Positions 25,527 to 35,021 of a DNA stretch of 39,550 nucleotides are shown in pieces. A program made the translations under genes and the position numbers. The DNA is taken from positions 1-39,550 of the forward strand of contig LKMN01000004.1 of assembly GCA_001563875.1 (NCBI GenBank), written 5' to 3'. The DNA is from Nanohaloarchaea archaeon B1-Br10_U2g1 (GTDB lineage: Archaea > Nanohalarchaeota > Nanosalinia > Nanosalinales > Nanosalinaceae). The number at the start of each line of letters is the position of its first letter. The first letter of the stretch is position 1. The notes below the pieces were generated by a model. It was given only the letters and a program-made list of their open reading frames with translations. It searched no databases and had not been told where the DNA came from.

Positions 25527-26126
25527 CTAAAACCTTCCTACAACCTTATTGTACCTATTCTGTACGTCATTCCAGTCTACAAGTTCGAAAAATCCTTCTA
25601 TAAAATCGCCTCTCTCGGGTCCGTAGTCGTGATAGTAGCTGTGTTCCCAGACATCCAAGGCCAGCACCGGATGCGCTCCCCAGACAGCACCCTCATCATG
25701 TCTATCTACTGTGACGTTGTGAAGTTCATCTGAGTAAGGTATATAGACTAGGAGAGCCCAGCCGCTTGCTGCCTTTGCAGCCTCTACAAACTCGTTCTTC
25801 CAGTTTTCGTAGCTTCCAAAGTCTTCTTCGATTCTTTCAAGGAGCTCTCCTTCCGGTTTTCCTCCTCCGTTAGGGCTCATGTTCTGCCAGAAGATATCAT
25901 GAAGTATGTTGCCGCAGAAGTTGTGTGTAAATGAGTTCAGGATACTTCCTGTGCTGGAGAAGTCTCCTGTTTCGCGCTGCTCTTCTAGCCGTTTCTCGGC
26001 TTGGTTCCACCCGTTTACATAGCCTTGGTGGTGTGTGCCGTGGTGCCATTCAACTACTTTTCCGGATATGTGTGGTGCGAGGTCTTCATAGTCATAATCT
26101 ATATCGATTAAGCTGTGTTCTGTCAT
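25527..26126 (-). CDS. sod: Fe/Mn superoxide dismutase
   Basis: HHGTHHQGYV, HNFCG..LH..FW, DVWEHSYY. Confidence 0.97.
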   Translation of the reverse strand: MTEHSLIDIDYDYEDLAPHISGKVVEWHHGTHHQGYVNGWNQAEKRLEEQRETGDFSSTGSILNSFTHNFCGNILHDIFWQNMSPNGGGKPEGELLERIEEDFGSYENWKNEFVEAAKAASGWALLVYIPYSDELHNVTVDRHDEGAVWGAHPVLALDVWEHSYYHDYGPERGDFIEGFFELVDWNDVQNRYNKVVGRF

Positions 26127-26209
26127 ATAGCATTTATGTGTATGAGGTGACTTAGTGCTTTCGGTTACATAAAATAAAAAGAGAAGTAAATAGGGATTTG
26201 AACGCTGAC

Positions 26210-26938
26210 TTAAGGCTCTTCGAGCTCTATATCTTCTTCATCTAGTTCAAGTTCGTCTCCTTCCGGTTCCTGCATCTCTATATCTTCTTCACCAGGCATC
26301 TCTTCTTCAGGCATTTCTTCCATTCCTTGCATCTGTTCCATCTGTGTTACTGTTTCTTCAATGTTGATTGGGTTCTGCATCATCATGTCTTGGATTTCTG
26401 GGAATAGAAGTTCTGCGTCAGGTGAGACGTAGAATGTTTCTGTCTGTGTCTGTGTCTCGTTCTCCATCTCTACTTCAGCTTCTATTGAAGCGTAGTACAT
26501 TCCGTGAGCCTGTTCAATCTCTGCAATCTCGATGTCTTCAGCTTCTCCAGAGGCTTCGAAAAGACTGTTAATACTGTCTTCTACCTCCTGAGGTGTTGCC
26601 TGCGGGGAGTCGGTTGCTGTGAAACCGAATCCTACTATTAGTCCGAGCACGATTCCTGCTATTAGTCCTCCTGAAAGTACTTGGTTTCTGCTGAAACCGT
26701 CTAGAAAGTTCTCAGTAGTTTCTTCATTTACTGTTTCTACAGTTTCTTCTGTATCCTCTTCAGATTCTTCACTAGTTCCTGTTAACGGTTCGAGGAATTC
26801 TTTGATTGTTTTCCTGTCTCTTCCTTGTTCTTCTGTTTCAAGTAGTTCCTCGTAGTCCGGATCCTCTAGATCTTCTATAGCCTTCTTGGCTTCTTCAACG
26901 TTCTGATCCAGAATCTCTTCATAATCCTTCTCTGACAT
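26210..26938 (-). CDS. very acidic single-pass membrane protein
   Basis: TM segment GGLIAGIVLGLIVGFGF, then GMYYASIE...FYVSPDAELLFP and an acidic, Met-rich tail. Confidence 0.8.
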   Translation of the reverse strand: MSEKDYEEILDQNVEEAKKAIEDLEDPDYEELLETEEQGRDRKTIKEFLEPLTGTSEESEEDTEETVETVNEETTENFLDGFSRNQVLSGGLIAGIVLGLIVGFGFTATDSPQATPQEVEDSINSLFEASGEAEDIEIAEIEQAHGMYYASIEAEVEMENETQTQTETFYVSPDAELLFPEIQDMMMQNPINIEETVTQMEQMQGMEEMPEEEMPGEEDIEMQEPEGDELELDEEDIELEEP

Positions 26939-27314
26939 ATGTTTGATATCTTATTAACCAGTCTTTTAAAACTGTAGTTTGTTTAACTCAGTTTTAAGCC
27001 ATTTTAACCCGTTTGTAAAGCTTTCGAACCTCTTTCGATCCATTAGACGTTACTAAACAGTGTTCACATCATCTGAAACTTTTTGAGGATATATTTGAGA
27101 TTCAATAGATCTTTTTAGATTATTTTTGATAAATTTAACCTTTGGAGAAGAGAGGATGGGGCCGAATTTATGATTTTAAATAATTTTACTTATCTTTAAC
27201 CCTGTGGAGGAGGTAGTTACAAGTCTGGAGAAAGTGTGTAAATCAGGAGTGTGAAAAAATAACTATGCTAGGCTTATGTAATCGTTGCACTTATCAAAGA
27301 GTTAGGAAGTATGA

Positions 27315-27422
27315 TTAAGGGTCACTACAGTCTCTTATGAACCCACAGTTAAAGCATTTAAGTTCGCAGTCAATGTACTCCTCCATTTCATCTCCACAGT
27401 TCCAGCATTGAATATATACCAT
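27315..27422 (-). CDS. CPxCG-related zinc-finger microprotein (35 aa)
   Basis: MVYIQCWNCGDEMEEYIDCELKCFNCGFIRDCSDP. AGGTG SD lies upstream of ATG 27422; the track start at 27515 overlaps the ferredoxin. Confidence 0.8.
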   Translation of the reverse strand: MVYIQCWNCGDEMEEYIDCELKCFNCGFIRDCSDP

Positions 27423-27456
27423 TCTGGTACACCTATTAGTGTATTGGTTTCCATAT

Positions 27457-27762
27457 CTATATCCATTCGGGCTCTGATATCTTGATATCTCCATATACCT
27501 CTGCCTGACATCCAAGTCTGAAAGGACCGTCTAGTACTTCATCGCCTTGGAAACGTCTTAAAGTATTTTTCTCGTCCTCCTGCATCTCTGAAAGGTTTTC
27601 CATACCTTCTTTAACTTCTATACGACAGGTAGTACAGTTACAGAACCCTCCACAGGCATGAAGCCACTCTACACCTCCCTCTAATAAAGCGTTGAGAACA
27701 TCTTGACCTTCTTCAGCTTCAACTTCTTTATGTCGGTCAACAATTTCGATAGTGTAACTCAT
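27457..27762 (-). CDS. 2Fe-2S ferredoxin (adrenodoxin/ISC-type)
   Basis: HACGGFCNCTTC...RLGCQ. Confidence 0.93.
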   Translation of the reverse strand: MSYTIEIVDRHKEVEAEEGQDVLNALLEGGVEWLHACGGFCNCTTCRIEVKEGMENLSEMQEDEKNTLRRFQGDEVLDGPFRLGCQAEVYGDIKISEPEWI

Positions 27763-27801
27763 AGTTCTATCCGAGGTTGGAAATCTAAAAAAGGTTGAGT
27801 T

Positions 27802-28998
27802 TTAGAATCCGAGAAGAACCACCACTATTGTACCTAAGAGTAGTGCCCACATAACAAGTGAGAACTTGTTCAGATACTTGACGTTCTCTTCTCCCCAGAA
27901 CTCGGTTATCAGCGTTTCAACGGTTAGACCGCCGTCAAGAGGCTTTATAGGAACCATGTTAAACAGGCCGATCAAGAAGTTCAGCGTAGCTACAGTAAGC
28001 AACATAGATGTGAACCACTGCAGAGGTGCCTGATACGGTTCCAGAGACTCTCTAATCTCTCTAACTTCTCCTTCGCCTACTTCAACCGTAAACTCTCCTT
28101 CTGACGTATCAACTACTATTTGCTGTCCAATCTCCAGATCTACAGTAGACGCTTCAATATCCTCTATACTCTCAATTTCAAAGCCGTCAATAGAGTAGAG
28201 AGTTCCGTTTCTCATTCCTGCTTGGTATGCAGGACCTTCTTCAGTAGCAATGTATTCTATTCCTTCGTCTCCTTGGAACAACTGTACTCCTATAACTGCG
28301 TCTTCCGTAGTCTCTGCTGCGGCAAAAGTCATTCCTAGAGCTAAACCCAGGAACAGTGCTGCTGTAACGTAGTTTGCAAAGCTTCCTGCACATAATACTT
28401 TGAGACGTGATTTCCAGTCTCCTCCCTCCCAGATTGTATGCGAGCCGGATTCTTCCTGTTCTGAACCAGGGAGCATGTTCTCGCCTTTAGGCTCTACGAA
28501 AGCTCCTGGAAGTATACCCAGTACGAGCCAGCCTACAGAGTTTATCTCAAATCCTTCTGCACGCGCAATAATTGCATGACTCATCTCGTGTACAAACATC
28601 AGCACTGCTATAGAGATAACCCAGTACTCTACAGGCACAAATGTTGCTCCTGCCTGCCACTCTGTCTCTGACTCCAGTCCGGGAAGTATCATTGCTGGTC
28701 CTCCCTCTGTAGATCCTGTATCTATCATGAAGTAGAACGTGAACAGTACCATACCCAGTGCTATTACGATACTTATTAGACCCGTAAGGACACCGAGAGA
28801 TCCGTATGCTTTCCAGAAACGAGGGAATTTACTCGCTATCTGATCAATCTTCTGGAGACCTCTATCGGTTCTCCTGTAGAAAAGTATAAACTGTCTTTCA
28901 ACGTTTTCTCTGTCCCACCAAAGTACTGCTGCAACAACAACGGTAAGTGCCACAGAGAATATCAATCTAGGATTAGTCTCGGCTAAAAGTTCTAACAT
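27802..28998 (-). CDS. site-2 protease (peptidase M50) with PDZ-like insert
   Basis: HEMSH, GAFVEP, AGSFAN, FNMVPIKPLDGG; insert GPAYQAGMRNG..SIDG. Confidence 0.93.
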   Translation of the reverse strand: MLELLAETNPRLIFSVALTVVVAAVLWWDRENVERQFILFYRRTDRGLQKIDQIASKFPRFWKAYGSLGVLTGLISIVIALGMVLFTFYFMIDTGSTEGGPAMILPGLESETEWQAGATFVPVEYWVISIAVLMFVHEMSHAIIARAEGFEINSVGWLVLGILPGAFVEPKGENMLPGSEQEESGSHTIWEGGDWKSRLKVLCAGSFANYVTAALFLGLALGMTFAAAETTEDAVIGVQLFQGDEGIEYIATEEGPAYQAGMRNGTLYSIDGFEIESIEDIEASTVDLEIGQQIVVDTSEGEFTVEVGEGEVREIRESLEPYQAPLQWFTSMLLTVATLNFLIGLFNMVPIKPLDGGLTVETLITEFWGEENVKYLNKFSLVMWALLLGTIVVVLLGF

Positions 28999-29080
28999 AT
29001 TATCTGTAACACAAGTTGAGGTTTAAAAACCCGGCTCACTCTATAACACTCTAATAAAAATTCAGTTACTACCCGGTATT

Positions 29081-30679
29081 ATGACGGAACAACCTCTCTT
29101 CTGGTCTGATCAGTTAGCTTTCGGAGTGACAAGAAAATTCCCTGACCGTGACACTTACGTATGTGCCTCAGGTATCTCTCCATCTGGAATAGTGCACGCA
29201 GGAAACTTCAGAGAAATAATAACAACAGATTTTGTAGTAAAATCACTTAAGAATAGAGGTGAGGACGTACGTTTTATCTACTCCTGGGACGACTACGACC
29301 GTTTTAGAAAAGTTCCTGCCAACGTACCTGACGAATTCGAAAAATACATCGGGCTACCGTTAAGCAAGGTTCCAAGCCCTGATGAGGGGTACGACTCGTA
29401 CGCAGACTATTTTGAATCCCGTCTGGAAGAGGAGCTTGAAGATATGCATATGGATATAGAGTTTATCCGGCAGACAGAGATGTTCGAAAAATGCGAGTAC
29501 GCAGACCCTATCAAGAGAGCTATGAACAGCCGGGACGAGATCCGAGAGATACTGAACCAGTACCGTTCAGAGCCGCTACAAGAAGAATGGTATCCTCTGA
29601 GAGTTTATTGTGAAAAATGCGAGAAAGACTTTACAGAGGTTAAAGATTACGATGGAGAGTACACTGTAAAATACTACTGTGAAGAGTGCGAGGAAGAAGA
29701 TGAAATAGATTTCAGTGAGAAAGGACTGGTCAAACCTCCTTGGAGAGTTGACTGGCCGATGAGATGGAGCTACGAACAGGTAAGCTTCGAACCAGGCGGA
29801 AAAGAACATAGCGTAGAAGGCGGTTCAAGGACAACCGCAGTAGATATAGTTCAACAGATCTACCAGGATGAGCCACCGGTATACCAGATGTACGAATTTG
29901 TTACGAAAGATGGGGCAAAGATATCAGGTAGCAGCGGGGAAGACGCTTTTACTATATCACAGCTGAAAGAAGTTTACCCGCCAGAGATGATAAGATTCCT
30001 TTTCTCAGAAACCAAACCTAACAAAGCGTTCGAAATACCGTTTGATGAAGATATATTCCAACGTTACGAAAAGTTTGACAAGATAGAGGACGCCTACTTT
30101 AATCCTGAAAAAATGGAGAATGAAAGAAAAAGAAAACACTGGAAAAGAGTTTACGAACTGGCAATGGTCGAAATACCGGATGAAAAACCTTTAAGGGTTC
30201 CGTTCCAACATGCCTCATTTGTATCTCAGACCGTGCCAGAGGAGGAATGGAGCACAAAAGGTATAGAGTCCTTAAAGAGAACAGGCCATATACCGGAAGA
30301 CCTCTCTGAACAAAACGTTGAAAGAGTCCTATCAAGGTTTGAAAGAGCTAAAAACTGGGCTAGAGAACACGCACCGGAAGACTACAGATACTCAATCAAC
30401 TTTGAAGTACCGGATAGCATAGTCTCCGAAATGGAAGAAAGCCAGATTGAGGCAATAAATCTGTTGGCGGAAAGACTGAAGGACCAAAGCTTCGACAACT
30501 CAGACGATCTAGACAAAGCTATATTTGACGTTAAAAAGGAGTCAGAACTGGGGACAGGCGATTTCTTCAACACATCTTACAAAGTATTGCTTGGCCGTGA
30601 ACAGGGTCCTCGTCTTTCCAGGCTGATAATGTCGCTGGGGCAGAAAGAAACAGTAAAGATTCTGAAACAGGTGAATTAG
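29081..30679 (+). CDS. lysS: lysine--tRNA ligase, class I
   Basis: GISPSGIVHAGNFRE, WRVDWPMRW, EPGGKEH, KISGS, GPRL. Confidence 0.97.
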   Translation: MTEQPLFWSDQLAFGVTRKFPDRDTYVCASGISPSGIVHAGNFREIITTDFVVKSLKNRGEDVRFIYSWDDYDRFRKVPANVPDEFEKYIGLPLSKVPSPDEGYDSYADYFESRLEEELEDMHMDIEFIRQTEMFEKCEYADPIKRAMNSRDEIREILNQYRSEPLQEEWYPLRVYCEKCEKDFTEVKDYDGEYTVKYYCEECEEEDEIDFSEKGLVKPPWRVDWPMRWSYEQVSFEPGGKEHSVEGGSRTTAVDIVQQIYQDEPPVYQMYEFVTKDGAKISGSSGEDAFTISQLKEVYPPEMIRFLFSETKPNKAFEIPFDEDIFQRYEKFDKIEDAYFNPEKMENERKRKHWKRVYELAMVEIPDEKPLRVPFQHASFVSQTVPEEEWSTKGIESLKRTGHIPEDLSEQNVERVLSRFERAKNWAREHAPEDYRYSINFEVPDSIVSEMEESQIEAINLLAERLKDQSFDNSDDLDKAIFDVKKESELGTGDFFNTSYKVLLGREQGPRLSRLIMSLGQKETVKILKQVN

Positions 30680-30681
30680 CA

Positions 30682-30906
30682 TTGTCCGAGAAAGGAAGAG
30701 ATCTATTTGAACGGCTTTCAACTTTGGGACTTATGCTGGAAGACAGAGAACAGATTGATCTTCATAGAAAGGCTGCAAAACATTTTGAAGCCGCAGCAGT
30801 ATACGAAAACAAGGAAAAAAAGCCGAACACAAGATACGAGTATGAATCTGCAGAGTACTGCTTAGATCAAATTGAATCGGTTGAAGAGATAGACAAAGGC
30901 TACTAA
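30682..30906 (+). CDS. small helical hypothetical protein (74 aa)
   Basis: TTG start 2 nt after the lysS stop; fills the gap to the rhomboid gene. Confidence 0.55.
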   Translation: MSEKGRDLFERLSTLGLMLEDREQIDLHRKAAKHFEAAAVYENKEKKPNTRYEYESAEYCLDQIESVEEIDKGY

Positions 30907-30933
30907 GATTAACAAGTGAAAAGACTAGATAAT

Positions 30934-31557
30934 ATGACGGATGAAAGATTCGGTTTTACGGCCTTAAAGCTATGTGGAGTTCTTTCGGTTGCCTATGGTT
31001 TACAGGTCTTTGCCGGATTTGAGCCTGCTTTCAATGCTTCAGAGTCAGAGTGGTGGAAATTCTTCACATCTATACTTGGACACAGTGATCTGCAACATCT
31101 CCTGAACAATATGTTCTTTATAGGCCTGTTCGGATCTCTACTTGAACGGTATACCTCCTCCAAAACATTCCTTAAAGTATTCTTTGGATCAGCAATACTT
31201 GCTAACTTTTCAGCATTCATATTTTTCCCGGAATCATATATTATAGGCGCTTCCGGCGGAGGAATGGGTTTGATGGCAGCTTTAGCTGTCTACCGTCCTA
31301 GAAATGTTGGGCTTGCATTAGGTGTTCCTGTACCTATGTGGGCAGCTTTCTTAATCTATGTAGTAATTGATTTGGTAGGTTTATCTGCCACAAATAATGT
31401 TGCGAACGAGGCGCATCTACTTGGAATTCTGGCAGGCTCTGTTGCGGGGCTTTGGCTAAGAGAAGAACCTTACCGGAAGGAAGATGATGACGAGGATGGT
31501 TTCAACGACTGGGAGAGAAAGATAAGAGAATGGGAAGAAAAATGGATGATGAGTTAG
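30934..31557 (+). CDS. rhomboid family intramembrane serine protease
   Basis: H..QHLLNNM, GASGG catalytic Ser, AHLLG catalytic His. Start is ATG 30934 or GTG 30916. Confidence 0.93.
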   Translation: MTDERFGFTALKLCGVLSVAYGLQVFAGFEPAFNASESEWWKFFTSILGHSDLQHLLNNMFFIGLFGSLLERYTSSKTFLKVFFGSAILANFSAFIFFPESYIIGASGGGMGLMAALAVYRPRNVGLALGVPVPMWAAFLIYVVIDLVGLSATNNVANEAHLLGILAGSVAGLWLREEPYRKEDDDEDGFNDWERKIREWEEKWMMS

Positions 31558-31937
31558 CTGTAAGGATTGAAATCTCTTTTTGTTGAGTCTTCCTTACTTT
31601 TTTCCCCTGTTTTTTCTGATCTTCTATCTTTCTGTTGGTTCTCAGTGTTTCTTGGCTTTTCTTCTTGTTGCCTCTGTCTTTTCTGAGAGTTTCTGTTCCC
31701 AGAACTATTTTTTTGTCTTGACTGTCTTTGTTGTTGGTTTAAGGCCTGCTGATTTCTTTCTTGTTCTCTTCTCTGGAACTCTTCTAGGAAACGGTCGGTG
31801 TCGATACCTTCCTCCTCTAAAGCTGTAATATGTCTCTGCAGCTGTTGCTGTACAATATTAAGCAGTCTTGAAAGTTCTTTCTGTTCGTGTAGAAGTGTTT
31901 CTACCGCTCCTTTATGGCGTCCTACTTTCTCGTTCAT
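31554..31937 (-). CDS. hypothetical coiled-coil protein with Q/R/K-rich disordered tail
   Basis: VGRHKGAVETLLHEQKELSRLLNIVQQQLQRHITALEEEGID, then a low-complexity tail. Confidence 0.75.
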   Translation of the reverse strand: MNEKVGRHKGAVETLLHEQKELSRLLNIVQQQLQRHITALEEEGIDTDRFLEEFQRREQERNQQALNQQQRQSRQKNSSGNRNSQKRQRQQEEKPRNTENQQKDRRSEKTGEKSKEDSTKRDFNPYS

Positions 31938-31972
31938 AACTCGGGGTTTCTATTACATCCTTAAAATCTTTG

Positions 31973-33103
31973 TTAGATTGTGGCTATCAGGGATGCTATA
32001 TAACCTGCTCCTACAAATGTTGCTAGAGCTCCGAACAGTGATACTAGTCCGAATGTCAGCAGTATTCTTCCTACCTGGTTGTGCCAGAGATCTCTGTAAC
32101 CGGTTATGTATGCTATATCCTCCAGCTCCTTTACTTTTGGAGGATAGAACCTTCCTTCTACGTATGCCGCCACCATTCCAGCACCTAAAACCGGTGTTAA
32201 AGATGTTAGAGGGGAGCTAAAGAAAACCGCTACCCAGGTTAGGACGTGTGAACGAGCTAATATAGCTCCTAAGAGAGCTCCAAAACTGTTTGCTAGAACC
32301 CAGAAAGTGGTTGCCTCCATACCGGTATCGAAATCTATACCTAAGAAGGCGTAAGCAAGCATCGAAAGTATTACAACAGGTATTCCGTAGTTGGCAATCT
32401 TAAGCCAGGGGATAAACTTTCTTCTCATCTCAGGCAGTTCTGCGCCTTCATCCTCTAACTCATCTATAATTCCTTGTACATGTGCAGCTCCAACAACGAG
32501 TAAAGCGTGGTCGAACTTCTTCTCCTTAAGTTTCTCGACCATGTAGACGTTTCTCTCATCTAAAAATACTTGTTTAACAGATGGGAAGTCCTTCTCCAAA
32601 TCTTTTACAATGCTTCCAACTATATCTTCCTGTTTAAGTTCTTCTATAGATAGATCAAACTCTTCGGTTTGGAAAAAGCTGAAAAGCTTCAGCTTCTCCC
32701 ACAGGGTCAGCTCATCTCTTATTCTTTTGAAGGTCGTATTGATATCACGGTCGACAAGTTCGTAGTCAATATCTTTCTTTTCAGCCTGTTCAACAGCCTC
32801 AAGCATCTCTGCTCCGGGTTTAACTCCTTCCTCCATTCCTAGTCTTCTCTGGTATATACTGAGTAGTAGGTTGAAGAGCAGTAGGTAGCCTTTACCGTCT
32901 CTTATAGCTTCAACTACATCTAGGTCCCTCCATCCTGACTCGTTTCTCAGTGAGTCAAAACGTTGAGAATCAAGCTCTACACCTATCAGATCTGGCTCTA
33001 TATCTTCAACAAGCTCTACAACTTGTTTCCGGCTTTCCTCAGACACGTGAGCGGTTCCAAGAACTGTAACCTTCTTATCGCCTAGATCTACGGTCTTCCT
33101 CAT
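31973..33103 (-). CDS. TraB/PrgY (pheromone-shutdown-like) family membrane protein
   Basis: GTAHVS, VELD, EM, DRD, ERN, VVGAAH, and C-terminal TM helices. Confidence 0.92.
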   Translation of the reverse strand: MRKTVDLGDKKVTVLGTAHVSEESRKQVVELVEDIEPDLIGVELDSQRFDSLRNESGWRDLDVVEAIRDGKGYLLLFNLLLSIYQRRLGMEEGVKPGAEMLEAVEQAEKKDIDYELVDRDINTTFKRIRDELTLWEKLKLFSFFQTEEFDLSIEELKQEDIVGSIVKDLEKDFPSVKQVFLDERNVYMVEKLKEKKFDHALLVVGAAHVQGIIDELEDEGAELPEMRRKFIPWLKIANYGIPVVILSMLAYAFLGIDFDTGMEATTFWVLANSFGALLGAILARSHVLTWVAVFFSSPLTSLTPVLGAGMVAAYVEGRFYPPKVKELEDIAYITGYRDLWHNQVGRILLTFGLVSLFGALATFVGAGYIASLIATI

Positions 33104-33218
33104 CGTTGTGCCTACCTATCATGGTTAGATGTTTTAATACTAATAAAACCGGTACGACACCATACAGAACCGGTATAGTTCAACAAACCGTTTAAATAAA
33201 GAGATTTCTTGTCTATCT

Positions 33219-33578
33219 ATGAGTTTGGTAGCCTCTTTCGCAATATTCTTGGTAAGCCTCTTGGTAGGAGGCTTTGGTATCTACGTCGCTGCAAGCATAG
33301 TTGTTGATGTAAAGGATTACTGGGAGGCCGTAGGGACCGCTCTTCTAGGAGCAATAGCGGGAGGTATAGCTGCTTTACTGGTAGGATGGATACCGCTTTT
33401 TGGAACATTCCTGACTCTTTTGGTCTGGATAGGAGTTATTAATTGGCGTTACCCGGGCGGATGGATTGATGCCTTGTTCATAGGTTTTACGGCTTGGATA
33501 GTAACTATTACGGTTCTCATAGTTCTTGGTGCTTTAGGGCTACCTATACAAGATGCTGTAGGTGTAGCCGGTGCTTAA
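33219..33578 (+). CDS. small multi-pass membrane protein
   Basis: About four hydrophobic helices, WRYPGGW motif; TTTAAATA upstream. Confidence 0.8.
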   Translation: MSLVASFAIFLVSLLVGGFGIYVAASIVVDVKDYWEAVGTALLGAIAGGIAALLVGWIPLFGTFLTLLVWIGVINWRYPGGWIDALFIGFTAWIVTITVLIVLGALGLPIQDAVGVAGA

Positions 33579-33580
33579 AA

Positions 33581-34105
33581 ATGAAAAAAGCAGTTCTGAT
33601 TTCATCGATAATAACTTTAACAGTTTTTTTAGTGGCGGAAAACTTCCAGACAGACGACGTTTTTGAAGCTGAATTAGAGAGGGTTATAGATGGCGACACC
33701 ATTGAAGTTACTTTTAACGGTAGAACGGAGTCTGTAAGACTTATTGGAATAGATACGCCTGAAATACATTCAGAGAACGAACCAGAGTATTTCCAAGGTG
33801 TTCCGGAAACAAGAGAAGGAGAAAAATGCCTGGAAAAATGGGCGGAAAAGTCCACTGACTACGTTGAAAAACGACTGGATACAGAAAATGTTAGAATAAG
33901 TTATGAGGGCGACAGAAGAGACCAGTACGGCCGTTTACGTGCTCATGTATATCTTCCTGGATCTGAAGATACTTTGAACTACGAACTAGTTAAGAAAGGT
34001 TACGCCAATGTTTTCCCTGTGGAGTTTGAACAACGAGAAGAGTTTCAAGAGGCAGAGAAGAGAGCTATTGGAAAAGAGCAAGGGCTGTGGGAGTGTAGAA
34101 CCTAG
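33581..34105 (+). CDS. secreted thermonuclease (SNase family)
   Basis: MKKAVLISS signal/anchor, VIDGDT, VRLIGIDTPE, DQYGRL, LVKKGYA, GLW. Start re-called at ATG 33581. Confidence 0.92.
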   Translation: MKKAVLISSIITLTVFLVAENFQTDDVFEAELERVIDGDTIEVTFNGRTESVRLIGIDTPEIHSENEPEYFQGVPETREGEKCLEKWAEKSTDYVEKRLDTENVRISYEGDRRDQYGRLRAHVYLPGSEDTLNYELVKKGYANVFPVEFEQREEFQEAEKRAIGKEQGLWECRT

Positions 34106-34902
34106 TTTTTCAAAAATTTGACTACGGATTCACGTTTCTCGGGATTACAGTCTATCCAATCGGTATGTCCTCCTTGCTCAAAAACCTTTTTGGTAGAGTT
34201 TGAGAGGTTGGAACTGAGATAGTCGGTGCTTTCTTTCACTGCAGGCACCTCTCTGTTATCTGTCAGAAGCACCTCTACGTCAATACTGTTTACTTCCGGC
34301 GGATTTTCTAGGTCCGCTAAAGATTTTAGATCATTTTTAACCCCCTCACGTTTCTCAGTTATAGGAGGAACAGTAGACATCAGCCTCTTAAAGTAGTCAA
34401 GCTGCTCAGACTTGGTGACCTGAGAATGTGAAACAAGTCTAAATACGGTTTTTGGGAACAACTTTACCGAAGCCTTCAGAACCTGTTCCGACAGTTTGAG
34501 AGTAAAGCTGTTGTAAGCAATTCTGTGTTCGAAGAACCAGTCCCCAAGATCGTGAGGATGATCGTAGGAAGTTATCACAACAGAGTCTAGGACCGCTTTG
34601 TCAATACTTTCGGGATACTGTTTCATGAACTCGATACCGGGAAGTCCACCGGCGGAGTATGCCACCAAATCTACACTATCTAAAGAGTTCTCATCTAAGA
34701 TCTTCTTGGCTAGCCTAGCCTGATTTTTGGGACTTTTACCCTCCTCTATATCTGTTCCAGGATAGCCTGGACGTGAGAAACTGATAGTTTGGAAACCTTC
34801 ATGCCTCAAAACGTGTCCTAGTAGTTCTGCCTGTTTCAAGCCTCCAAAGCTGCCATGGAATATTATCACTGGTTTTCCGGAGCCGCTGATTCTGTACTTC
34901 AC
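34102..34902 (-). CDS. alpha/beta-fold hydrolase
   Basis: FHGSFGG, SRPGY, AYSAGG nucleophile elbow, GGH. Confidence 0.88.
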   Translation of the reverse strand: MKYRISGSGKPVIIFHGSFGGLKQAELLGHVLRHEGFQTISFSRPGYPGTDIEEGKSPKNQARLAKKILDENSLDSVDLVAYSAGGLPGIEFMKQYPESIDKAVLDSVVITSYDHPHDLGDWFFEHRIAYNSFTLKLSEQVLKASVKLFPKTVFRLVSHSQVTKSEQLDYFKRLMSTVPPITEKREGVKNDLKSLADLENPPEVNSIDVEVLLTDNREVPAVKESTDYLSSNLSNSTKKVFEQGGHTDWIDCNPEKRESVVKFLKN

Positions 34903-35021
34903 ATTTTAACACTGTTCTTAGTCTGTTTTTTAAGCTGTTTTTACTGGCAGGTGTGCTTAGAGCAGGATACCTTTCTCGATATACACAACAAATATAAGTG
35001 TTACTACATCATAGTAACATT

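Noticed and set aside
27021-27040. TTCGA...TCGA as a third copy of the ArsR-TM operator
   Set aside because: The spacer is 7 nt rather than 6, the outer bases mismatch, and there is no matching TATA-to-start geometry.
31973-33103. TraB as evidence of a conjugative element
   Set aside because: This is the TraB/PrgY chromosomal family, with no transfer genes nearby.
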